Origin: Abditibacterium sp.
GTDB lineage: Bacteria > Armatimonadota > Abditibacteriia > Abditibacteriales > Abditibacteriaceae
NCBI GenBank assembly: GCA_036399575.1
Contig: DASWMV010000191.1
Span: forward strand, 1,230-65,229
Direction of reading: 5' to 3'
DNA: 64,000 nucleotides
Shown: one piece after another, positions 53,167 through 61,045 of the stretch
How the letters are laid out: each line of letters opens with the position of its first letter
Numbering within the stretch: position 1 is the stretch's first letter
Notes under the pieces: model-generated
Databases searched by the model: none
Told to the model about the DNA's origin: nothing
What the model saw: the letters and a program-made list of their open reading frames with translations, nothing else
Position numbers and translations under genes: made by a program

Positions 53167-54240
53167 TCAATCGGGATTGTCAGCGGAAAAGTTCAAAAAC
53201 GGCGCCATCCACACCTTCGCGCGTTCTTCGCCCCACAGTTTTTGCAGATTGCGACGCAATTGCAGCGCGCTTTCAAGCCGTTCGTGCGCTGAAAGTGCGG
53301 TCACCTCCACACCCAGAGTCCAATTTCCAACGCCGGAATTGCCTTCGAGCCATTCGCGTTGCGCCAGAAATGCCGCTTCACGCGCACGCATCCGGCGCGG
53401 CGCAAAATCAGCCAAAAGTTCGCTCAGCGCTTGATAAATTGGCGCGGGAATCGGCCATTGCCGCGCGCCACGCTCTTCAAACAATTGCTCGTATAAATCT
53501 ATTTTGTCGCCGCGTTCGGGCAATTGAAAGCGGAGTATCCAGCCGCGTGCGCCATCGTCGGGACTCACTAAAGATGCCGCCGCGCGCAAAATCTCGCGTA
53601 ATTGTGTCGCATCGCCGCGCTCGAAGCGCAAACTTGCCCACAAACGCTCGAAATAATCGGCCTCGCTCCAATTTTTGACGACATCTAAAAGCGAACCCGA
53701 GCTTTTCCACTGCGCTTCGACAATCTCAAACAACCGCGAAGCTGGGACACCGACCAAATCGGGCGTTTTTTCCCATTCAAAAGGCGTCCACTCTGCACGC
53801 GGACTGCGTTCGTGTTCGCGCCAAGACGCCAGCAAATTGCGCCCACTCGCGCTCAGAAACACCATCCAACGTGCGCCTCTGGCATCGCTCAATACCAGCA
53901 AGCGTCCCCAGAAACCCTGTCCCAGCGCGCGCCGCAACAACAAAACAAGGGTTTGGGAACGCCCGAGCTTTTCAAACGCGCGACGCGGCGGATGGGAGAT
54001 CGCGCTGTGCATCGCGCCGACCAAAAAATTGGCTTCTAGGTCGCCGTTTTGGAAATTGAAAAACAAAAATCCGTCGATTTCGCGCAAATCGGCGACGACT
54101 TTTTCACCATTCACCAAAAAATCGCCTCGCGCCTGAGCCGGACCGTTTTGTTTTTGCGGCTCGAAAACAAATTCAAACGGTTGAAATTGAAAATCGGACA
54201 TCTTGAATAATAGACGGAAGTCGGGAGACGGGAGAAACAC
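53167..54240 (-). CDS. Hypothetical protein, first gene of the MoxR/VWA operon
   Basis: 357-aa ORF, Trp/Arg/Glu-rich, with no TM segment, signal peptide or recognisable motif. Start ambiguous (GTG 54240 or ATG 54201). Confidence 0.55.
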   Translation of the reverse strand: MFLPSPDFRLLFKMSDFQFQPFEFVFEPQKQNGPAQARGDFLVNGEKVVADLREIDGFLFFNFQNGDLEANFLVGAMHSAISHPPRRAFEKLGRSQTLVLLLRRALGQGFWGRLLVLSDARGARWMVFLSASGRNLLASWREHERSPRAEWTPFEWEKTPDLVGVPASRLFEIVEAQWKSSGSLLDVVKNWSEADYFERLWASLRFERGDATQLREILRAAASLVSPDDGARGWILRFQLPERGDKIDLYEQLFEERGARQWPIPAPIYQALSELLADFAPRRMRAREAAFLAQREWLEGNSGVGNWTLGVEVTALSAHERLESALQLRRNLQKLWGEERAKVWMAPFLNFSADNPD

Positions 54241-54256
54241 GGATCATTTTAGACAA

Positions 54257-54442
54257 CGCTACGCACGGCTAAAACGCCGCGCGTTGTCATTCTGAGCTTG
54301 CGAAGAGTCTGGCCACAGTTTGCGTGCAATCACAGTAAAAACCTGTTGATTTGAGGTTTTGCGCCAAAATGGTCGGGAGACTGCGAACAGATTCTTCGCA
54401 GTCTCAGAATGACAACGCGCGGCGTTTTAGCCGTGCGTAGCG
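54257..54442. repeat. 186-bp element with perfect 40-bp terminal inverted repeats (MITE-like or long structured RNA)
   Basis: 54257..54296 (cgctacgcacggctaaaacgccgcgcgttgtcattctgag) is the exact reverse complement of 54403..54442. Pairing extends imperfectly inward for about 13 nt. There is an inner local hairpin at 54379..54404. No ORF. Confidence 0.6.
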
Positions 54443-54466
54443 AGCCTCTCGAATGCTAACTACTTG

Positions 54467-55294
54467 CTAAAACTTCGGCGTTTCGCGCGCTTTTTCGCTG
54501 GCCTTGAAGCTTTCATATCGCGCCGGATAACCCAAAATGCCGCGTCCAATTGAAACGGGAAAGCGATTCGCAGCGAAGTTGTAGTTTTCGATTGCGCGAT
54601 TGAGTTTGCGCTGTTCGATGAAGATACGGTTTTCGGCGCCCACCATTTCGTCGATGACTTTATCTACAACGGGCGAGGCTTCTTTGGTTCGCAGTGCGCT
54701 GAGTGTTTGACCAATGGCATTCGCCAATTTCGCCTCGGCATCTCTCTTTTGCGTGACCGAAGAGGCGCCACGCGCCGCTTTCTGGGCTATATCGAGGCTT
54801 TGGATGAGCGCAGATTGATTGTCAAGTGTGCTTTTGGTGACGGAAATCAGATTGGGAATCAGGTTGTAACGCCGCTGAAAAGCGTTTTCAACCTGCGCGT
54901 TCGCGCTTTCAACACCCGCACGTGCGGCGCCAAGCGTATTTTGCGCGCTCCACAACGTTCCGCCCAGAAGCGCAGCGAAAACTCCGCCGCTAATTAAAAG
55001 TCGCTTTGTCAGCGCCGCTTTTTGTTTTGCACGGGTTTTGGCGGCTTCAAGCGCATTCTGACGCTCAATTTCGCGTTCTTTGATGGCCTGTTGCAACGCG
55101 GCATCGGAAATTCCGGCGCGATTGGCGCCGCGTTCCAGATGTTCGGCGTTGAGTTTGTCTTCGTCCAAAAACGCTTGGCTTTGGATTTCAGAGGCGCGCG
55201 CGTAAATGTCGCGCGCTTCCTCGTCGCTAAAACGACCGTCTTTTTGAAGGCGTTGCACCGCCAAATCGGGATGAGATTGAGAATCAGAAGTCAT
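54467..55294 (-). CDS. LemA family protein with an N-terminal extension of about 100 aa
   Basis: LemA core AQVENAFQRRYNLIPNLISV ... AENRIFIEQRKLNRAIENYN ... FP. TM segment LLISGGVFAALLGGTLW is preceded by a charged cytoplasmic segment. Confidence 0.85.
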   Translation of the reverse strand: MTSDSQSHPDLAVQRLQKDGRFSDEEARDIYARASEIQSQAFLDEDKLNAEHLERGANRAGISDAALQQAIKEREIERQNALEAAKTRAKQKAALTKRLLISGGVFAALLGGTLWSAQNTLGAARAGVESANAQVENAFQRRYNLIPNLISVTKSTLDNQSALIQSLDIAQKAARGASSVTQKRDAEAKLANAIGQTLSALRTKEASPVVDKVIDEMVGAENRIFIEQRKLNRAIENYNFAANRFPVSIGRGILGYPARYESFKASEKARETPKF

Positions 55295-55351
55295 TGGAAT
55301 AGAAGATTGAGAATGGAAAAATCAGGCTGATTGACAGTAATTTGGGGCAAA

Positions 55352-56701
55352 TCACCAACTGTCGCTGGCGCCGCCACCGCCGCCACCTGAATCGCTGCCG
55401 CCAAAATCGCTGGGGCCACCGCCGAATCCCGAATCGCCAAAACCGCCACCCGACGAGCCGCCACCGAAAACGCCGCCTGAATCGCCCGAACTGCCGTGCG
55501 AATGGCCGTGCGATGAACCCAGAATGCCGCCAATGACGACGCCGGTTAGGAAATCGCCGGAAGAGCGATGATGGCGACGCATCAAACGCGGAATGCCGCG
55601 CCGGAACGAATCACGGTGGCCGCAATCTTTCCAGCCACACGTCGTTGTGACTTGTTCCAAACCTTGTTCCCATTCGGTCGGATGCCGCAAAATCTGGGTT
55701 TGCGAACTCGCGGTGCGATGGCGGCAGCGTGGACATTCGCTGTATTGCGACAACCACGCATCGTGCGCCGAAACGGTGGAAGCCTCACATTTCGGACACG
55801 CCCAAACTTTGTAATCGCGCGCTCCGATTTGCTGCTCGAACTGCTGCGATTCGCTCAGAAACCGCAGTTCGGCGACATCGGAAAGCTGTTGCATCGCTGT
55901 TTTGCACTTCGGGCAACGGCGAGGACGGCGCGAAAGCGACGTGACAAACCAAATGATGCCGCCGATAAAAATAATTGGGAAAAATACCGTCAAAAGTCCC
56001 AGCAACGCTATCAAGGCACCAAAAATCTCGCCGCCGGGCAAAACGACGGGTTGAGATGGAAAATTGGAAGGGAAATCCGAGGGAAACGGCGCGGGCGGCG
56101 GAATCGAGGGATTGCGAGGAAATTCACGCTGCGGTTGGGTCTGATTTTGGGGCAATCGGTTTTGCGGCGCAGGGTTTTGCGAAGCGGCGGGAATTTGGAG
56201 ATTTGGCTCTATTTTCTGCGCGACAGCCACGACGCCTGCGAAAAAGCCGCCGCTATAATCGCCGTTTTTGAAGCGCGGAGTCACTTTCTGGCGCAAAATC
56301 TCGCCCGCTTGCCCATCAGTGATGACATCTTGCAAACCGTAATCAATGTCGATGCGTGAACGGCGATCATCAATCGCCGCCAGAACAAGCGCGCCGTTGT
56401 CGCGGCCTTTTTCGCCGATTTTCCACAAGCGAAACAGATCATTGGCGAAACTTTCGATGTCTTGCCCGCCCAGATTTCGCACCGTCACGACCGCGATTTC
56501 GGCGCCGTTCTGAGTTTTCAGGCGATTGACGACCGCGTTGATACGCGCTTCGGTCGCAGCGTCGATGACATTCGCGCCATCGGCGACCCACGAACGCCGC
56601 GCCCGCAACGGATTTTCGATTTGTCCAGGCGTTTCGGCGTGCGAAACCTGGCACACCAACAAAATCAAGCCAAAAACGCGCGCGAAAGAAGAGAAGGACA
56701 T
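55352..56701 (-). CDS. TPM-domain (YgcG-like) membrane protein with cytoplasmic 4x Cys-pair module and Gly-rich tail
   Basis: TPM block VIDAATEARINAVVNRLKTQNGAEIAVVTVRNLGG...GALVLAAIDDRRSRIDIDYGL. TM segment. CPKC / CPKC / CPRC / C-x4-C. Tail GGSSGGGFGDSGFGGG...GGGGGGASDSW. ATG at 56701. Confidence 0.8.
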   Translation of the reverse strand: MSFSSFARVFGLILLVCQVSHAETPGQIENPLRARRSWVADGANVIDAATEARINAVVNRLKTQNGAEIAVVTVRNLGGQDIESFANDLFRLWKIGEKGRDNGALVLAAIDDRRSRIDIDYGLQDVITDGQAGEILRQKVTPRFKNGDYSGGFFAGVVAVAQKIEPNLQIPAASQNPAPQNRLPQNQTQPQREFPRNPSIPPPAPFPSDFPSNFPSQPVVLPGGEIFGALIALLGLLTVFFPIIFIGGIIWFVTSLSRRPRRCPKCKTAMQQLSDVAELRFLSESQQFEQQIGARDYKVWACPKCEASTVSAHDAWLSQYSECPRCRHRTASSQTQILRHPTEWEQGLEQVTTTCGWKDCGHRDSFRRGIPRLMRRHHRSSGDFLTGVVIGGILGSSHGHSHGSSGDSGGVFGGGSSGGGFGDSGFGGGPSDFGGSDSGGGGGGASDSW

Positions 56702-56859
56702 GGCAAAAGTAAATGACGCGCAAATGGGAGCGCCGCGCAGCAATTTTGCGAGTTTTGGGCCTAAAATCGAAATCTGCTTTTCTCACTCGCGCCGGTGAGC
56801 GTCTGGAGAAAACAAAACCCGCCGTCACAAAATGTGGCGGCGGATTTTGAATTGAGAAT

Positions 56860-58410
56860 TTACGAGGTTTCGGTGGGTTCGCTGACCGCGCCCGTATCGA
56901 ATTTGGTGTCGCCTTGCGGTGCGGGCGTTTCGGCGTCGCGCGATTTAAGGCGCTCTTCGTCGAGACCGAACCAATCGGTGTGGAACCAACCTTCTTTGTC
57001 GGTGCGCTCGTAAGTGTGCGCGCCGAAATAGTCACGCTGGGCCTGCAAAAGGTTCTGAGGGCCGCGCGCGCTGCGGTAGGAATCGTAATAACCGAGGCTC
57101 GCTGTGAAAGCGGGAACCGCGATGCCATTTTGAACGCCCGCCGCAATCGACTGGCGCCAACCGCTCTGGGTGCGGGTCATAATTTCGGTGAAGAACGGGT
57201 CGAGCATCAAGTTGACGAGTTGCGGATCGCGACCATAGGCTTCGGTGATGCGATCCAAAAACTTCGCGCGAATGATGCAGCCGCCGCGCCAGATCGCCGC
57301 GATGTTGCCAATGCTCAAATTCCAGCCGAATTCTTTGCTCGCGGCGGCAATGAGCGCCAAGCCCTGAGCATACGAAACGATTTTTGAAGCGTAAAGCGCG
57401 TCGCGCACGGCGTCGATGAACGCCTGTTTGTCGCCTTCATAAGCGACAGGCGATGGCCCGGGCAAAACGCCGGACGCGTTGACGCGCTGGTCGCGCATCG
57501 AAGAAACGATGCGCTGTTCGACGGCAGCGTTGATGGTCGAAACCGGAATCCCCAGATCCTGCGCGCTTTGCAGCGTCCATTTTCCGGTGCCTTTTTGTCC
57601 GGCTTTGTCGAGGATCACATCAACGAGCGCCCCACCAGTGTCGGGGTCGATGCGGGAGAAAATATCGGCAGTGATTTCGATGAGGAAGGAGCCGAGTTCG
57701 CCGTCATTCCAACTGGTGAAGACTTCGTGCAGCTCGGCAGCGGAAAGACCCAAAACGTCTTTGAGAAGCGCATAGGCTTCGCAAATCAACTGCATGTCAC
57801 CGTATTCGATGCCGTTGTGAACCATTTTCACATAATGGCCCGCGCCGTCCGGCCCAATGTAGGTGCAGCAAGGCGCCAAACGGCCATCAGCGGAAAGCGT
57901 ATCGACAACGTGAGCGGAGATTTTGGTAAAAATTGGCTCGATGAACGAATAAGCAACTGGATCGCCGCCGGGCATGATGGACGGGCCTTTGAGCGCGCCT
58001 TCTTCGCCGCCGGAAATGCCCGCGCCGACATAGTAGATGCCTTTTTCTTTCAGTTCTTTTTCACGGCGCAGTGTGTCGGTGAAAAGCGAGTTACCACCAT
58101 CAATGATCACGTCGTCTTTTTCGAGAAGCGGCAAAACCTGCGCGATAACGGCATCGACGGGGGCGCCCGCTTTAACCATGATCATGACTTTGCGCGGCCT
58201 TTTGAGATGGCCGATAAATTCTTCGAGCGTATAGCCGGCCTGGATGTTTTTTCCGACGCGGCTCCAATCTTCCATCACTTTCTGGGTGACTGAAGTGGTG
58301 CGATTGTAAATGGCGACGTTAAAACCTTTGCTCTCCATATTGAGAACGAGGTTTTGGCCCATAACGGCAAGGCCGATTAGACCGATATCAGAGGTGGGTT
58401 GGGTTGACAT
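56860..58410 (-). CDS. gnd: 6-phosphogluconate dehydrogenase (decarboxylating)
   Basis: IGLIGLAVMGQNLVLNMESKGF, GGNS.F.DT, HNGIEYGDMQLI. C-terminal extension of about 40 aa. Confidence 0.95.
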   Translation of the reverse strand: MSTQPTSDIGLIGLAVMGQNLVLNMESKGFNVAIYNRTTSVTQKVMEDWSRVGKNIQAGYTLEEFIGHLKRPRKVMIMVKAGAPVDAVIAQVLPLLEKDDVIIDGGNSLFTDTLRREKELKEKGIYYVGAGISGGEEGALKGPSIMPGGDPVAYSFIEPIFTKISAHVVDTLSADGRLAPCCTYIGPDGAGHYVKMVHNGIEYGDMQLICEAYALLKDVLGLSAAELHEVFTSWNDGELGSFLIEITADIFSRIDPDTGGALVDVILDKAGQKGTGKWTLQSAQDLGIPVSTINAAVEQRIVSSMRDQRVNASGVLPGPSPVAYEGDKQAFIDAVRDALYASKIVSYAQGLALIAAASKEFGWNLSIGNIAAIWRGGCIIRAKFLDRITEAYGRDPQLVNLMLDPFFTEIMTRTQSGWRQSIAAGVQNGIAVPAFTASLGYYDSYRSARGPQNLLQAQRDYFGAHTYERTDKEGWFHTDWFGLDEERLKSRDAETPAPQGDTKFDTGAVSEPTETS

Positions 58411-58509
58411 AAGGGTTTTTAAGTAAAAAGTAAAAAGGGTAAAGGCAAAAGGTTAAAAACTGTGAGTGCAGCTATTTTTTCCTTTTAACTTTTACCCTTT
58501 TACTTGAGA

Positions 58510-59070
58510 TCATTCTGTCCAACGCGAAGCGAGATGGGCTTGCAATTCAGAGAGTTGTTTTTGCACCGTGTCGGAAACATCGCTTTGAAAGGCAGCGAAC
58601 ATTTTTTCGTTGGTGAGGGCTAGTCTTTGCGCCAGAATGCGCGCGATGGCGACGCTGAGGCGATAGGCGGCGAGATCGCCCTTGGCGAGCGCAGCTTCAA
58701 ACGCTTCGCGGCTCAGTTCCAACACTTGAGCCGCTCCAAGGGTGCGCGCGGTCGCAGTGCGATGGTCGGAGAGCAGCAGACCAATTTCGCCCAAAACACC
58801 ACTACCACGCAAAACTACAAGCGGCAGTTTTTTGCCGTCGGAATTGCTTTTGAAGATTTCAATGGCGCCCGAAACCAGAAAATAAGCTGCGCCTGCATCA
58901 TCGTCTTCGTAAAAGAGCGTGCTTCCGGCGGCAAATTCGCGCTGATGCAAAAGCGGCGCGAGAGCAGCACAGTCGTCGTCGCTCAGTTTCGAGAGATGGG
59001 GGATCGCCTCGAAAGCACTGCGGCAAGCATCGGGCGAAACTGGAACAGCAAAAAGAGCATCAGCAGCCAT
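58510..59070 (-). CDS. Cyclic-nucleotide-binding domain protein (no DNA-binding domain)
   Basis: FAAGSTLFYEDDDAGAAYFLVSGAIEIFK ... GVLGEIGLLLSDHRTATARTL. Confidence 0.8.
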   Translation of the reverse strand: MAADALFAVPVSPDACRSAFEAIPHLSKLSDDDCAALAPLLHQREFAAGSTLFYEDDDAGAAYFLVSGAIEIFKSNSDGKKLPLVVLRGSGVLGEIGLLLSDHRTATARTLGAAQVLELSREAFEAALAKGDLAAYRLSVAIARILAQRLALTNEKMFAAFQSDVSDTVQKQLSELQAHLASRWTE

Positions 59071-59145
59071 ATAAATCCTCGGTTCACCGAAACAATCACC
59101 TTACAAGCGGCAGGTTTCAAGGCGAAGACGCCACAATTATAACCA

Positions 59146-60039
59146 ATGAACCCGTCCCATCCAACGCAAAATGCGCCCGACGACGCCTATAAAGATGAGG
59201 GCCACAATTACGCCCCGCCTACTCCTTCGCCGCTGTCGCCGCTGCGTGGCGAGGTTTTCGACGCAGCGCTGACCAACGATTCGCAAACAGGCACGGGCAC
59301 ACCTCGAAAAGGTGCCGCGCTGTGGTTTGTGGCAGGCATCGCGCTATTGTTTTTGACCTATAACTTCGGCGCAACGATGGGCGCACGTTCCAAAGTTCCC
59401 ACTCCTATCGGCCCATTTACCGAGAAAAAGAGCGCTGGCCCTCCACTTCGGGTTCACATCGCTGGTGCCGTCAAACGCCCCGGCGTCTATACTTTGCCAA
59501 ACGGCGCAAGACTTCAGGACGCCATTAAAACGGCGGGCGGCGCGCTTCCCGGCGCCGATTTGACGCCGCTCAATCTCGCGGATTGGGCCACAGATGGCTC
59601 CAAAATCGAAATTCCGACGCGTCAGAAACCCGTAAAAACCGCCGCGCCCCTTCCCACGCCAACACCCGTTGTAATCATCAAAGAAGTGTTCGTCACACCG
59701 CCGCAAAACGCGCCCGACAACGAAATCGAAGTCCCCAAACCTGAGAAAATCGCCAAAACCGCAAAAATAGATGATGGAATGCCACGCGCCGCGACGCAAT
59801 CGGGCGGCAAATCATCCAACGTTTCACTGGAATTTTTGAAGAAAAACCCGCTCGATCTCAACCGAGCCAATGCAGCTCAGCTTGAAGTTTTGCCAGGAGT
59901 GGGCCCCAAAATGGCCGAACGTATTTTGACCTATCGCAAAGAAAACGGCGGTTTCAAGAGCGTGGATGACCTCGATAACGTGCGAGGCATCGGCGAAAAA
60001 CGAATGGAAAAACTACGGCCTCTGGTGCGAGTTCAGTAG
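59146..60039 (+). CDS. comEA: ComEA-family DNA receptor (SLBB plus helix-hairpin-helix)
   Basis: SLBB block VHIAGAVKRPGVYTLPNGARLQDAIKTAGG. HhH block LDLNRANAAQLEVLPGVGPKMAERILTYRKENGGFKSVDDLDNVRGIGEKRMEKL. Confidence 0.85.
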   Translation: MNPSHPTQNAPDDAYKDEGHNYAPPTPSPLSPLRGEVFDAALTNDSQTGTGTPRKGAALWFVAGIALLFLTYNFGATMGARSKVPTPIGPFTEKKSAGPPLRVHIAGAVKRPGVYTLPNGARLQDAIKTAGGALPGADLTPLNLADWATDGSKIEIPTRQKPVKTAAPLPTPTPVVIIKEVFVTPPQNAPDNEIEVPKPEKIAKTAKIDDGMPRAATQSGGKSSNVSLEFLKKNPLDLNRANAAQLEVLPGVGPKMAERILTYRKENGGFKSVDDLDNVRGIGEKRMEKLRPLVRVQ

Positions 60040-60110
60040 GGACATGGCAGGCCATGTCCTTTCTGCCCGATTGCAATGCTTTCCAAGGACATGGCAGGCC
60101 ATGTCCCTAC
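60036..60110. repeat. Palindromic element family, full copy 4
   Basis: gtagggacatggcaggccatgtcctt (60036..60061), a spacer containing ATTGCAATG, and aaggacatggcaggccatgtccctac (60085..60110). The comEA TAG stop (60037..60039) is inside the element. Confidence 0.85.
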
Positions 60111-60118
60111 GAGAGCCA

Positions 60119-60481
60119 TCAAGCCTCGCGCACGCGCTGCGCTACGACATCGGCCACCAATTCGTTGCGCCCCAGATAATCGCCCATTAGCCATTGCACG
60201 TCGGGATAATTTTCGCGCGCTTCTTCCAGAAGTGTGGGCAAATCGTCGGCGACGTGGCTGCCGGAATGCAGGAAATACGGCACTGCCACCACTTTTTGCG
60301 CGCCCGCTTCCACACACTGCGCGGCGGCTTCTGGAATCGTTGGCTCGTTGCACTCCATAAAGCCAACGGTTACAAAATCGAAAACGCCGCGCGCTTTGAC
60401 CATCTCGACCACATCGAGCATCGCGCCATTGCTTTGCGGGCGAGGCGAGCCGTGAACCATCACCAAAAGAGCTGTTTTCAT
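60119..60481 (-). CDS. cbiX: Small CbiX-type sirohydrochlorin chelatase subunit
   Basis: LLVMVHGSPRPQSN ... VAVPYFLHSGSHVADDLP. ATG at 60481 overlaps the upstream stop (TAATG). Confidence 0.8.
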   Translation of the reverse strand: MKTALLVMVHGSPRPQSNGAMLDVVEMVKARGVFDFVTVGFMECNEPTIPEAAAQCVEAGAQKVVAVPYFLHSGSHVADDLPTLLEEARENYPDVQWLMGDYLGRNELVADVVAQRVREA

Positions 60482-60969
60482 TATTGAATTTCCATTCGCG
60501 GCACAGGTCGTAGCGGACACTGCGGCGTGCCATTAAGCGGACACTCTGGGTTGTCTCGACAGAATTGCGGCGCCGTATTCAAAATATCGCGCCATTTTTC
60601 AGGTTCAATTGCGCGCTCGGCGCAACTCAAAATCGCATCGGCCAATCGTTCATCGGTTTTGAGCGCCTCCGCGACTTTCACTTCCACATCGGGGAATTTC
60701 TCGCTCATCGCCGCGATTTTGGGCGGCAGACTCACCTTTACAAAATAGCCCGCGATCAGAAAATAAGGCGCGATTGTGATGCAAGTCGCGCCGCGCGCCA
60801 CGCATTTTTCGAACGCGGCTTCAAAAGTCGGCTCGGAATAGTTGAGAAATCCCGCCTCGACAATCGGCGCATCGCCGCGCGCTTCCATGCGCCGCGCGAG
60901 TTGAAAAAGAGTTTCGCCCGCACCGCACAACACCGAACCGTGCGAAAACAACAAAATAGCGTGCGTCAT
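60481..60969 (-). CDS. CbiX-like chelatase subunit with Cys-rich C-terminal tail
   Basis: ILLFSHGSVLCGAG ... ITIAPYFLIAGYFV. Tail CRDNPECPLNGTPQCPLRP. Confidence 0.75.
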   Translation of the reverse strand: MTHAILLFSHGSVLCGAGETLFQLARRMEARGDAPIVEAGFLNYSEPTFEAAFEKCVARGATCITIAPYFLIAGYFVKVSLPPKIAAMSEKFPDVEVKVAEALKTDERLADAILSCAERAIEPEKWRDILNTAPQFCRDNPECPLNGTPQCPLRPVPRMEIQ

Positions 60970-61045
60970 ACGCGGAAGTTTAAGTTCGCTGAGCGGCGAG
61001 TTGGAACGAATTAACGAATGAGAATACTCGCCATTTTCCGCTAAA

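Noticed and set aside
55355-55500. GCC/ACC-rich low-complexity DNA as a non-coding microsatellite
   Set aside because: It is in frame within the TPM-domain ORF and encodes its Gly/Ser/Asp-rich C-terminal tail. I note it only as potentially slippage-prone.
56691-56702. 12-nt match (aaggacatggca) to the palindromic element core at the TPM gene start
   Set aside because: Only half of the core is present and there is no complementary arm. It overlaps a coding start, so chance similarity is the most likely explanation.
23931-60110. Possibility that the GGACATGGC..GCCATGTCC repeats are a CRISPR array
   Set aside because: The copies are dispersed over 36 kb in separate intergenic regions and occur as inverted pairs. 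They are not regularly spaced direct repeats with unique spacers, and no cas genes are present.
60970-61045. Cobalamin riboswitch upstream of the cbiX pair
   Set aside because: The intergenic gap is only 76 nt, against roughly 200 nt for the riboswitch, and no B12-box-like sequence is visible.
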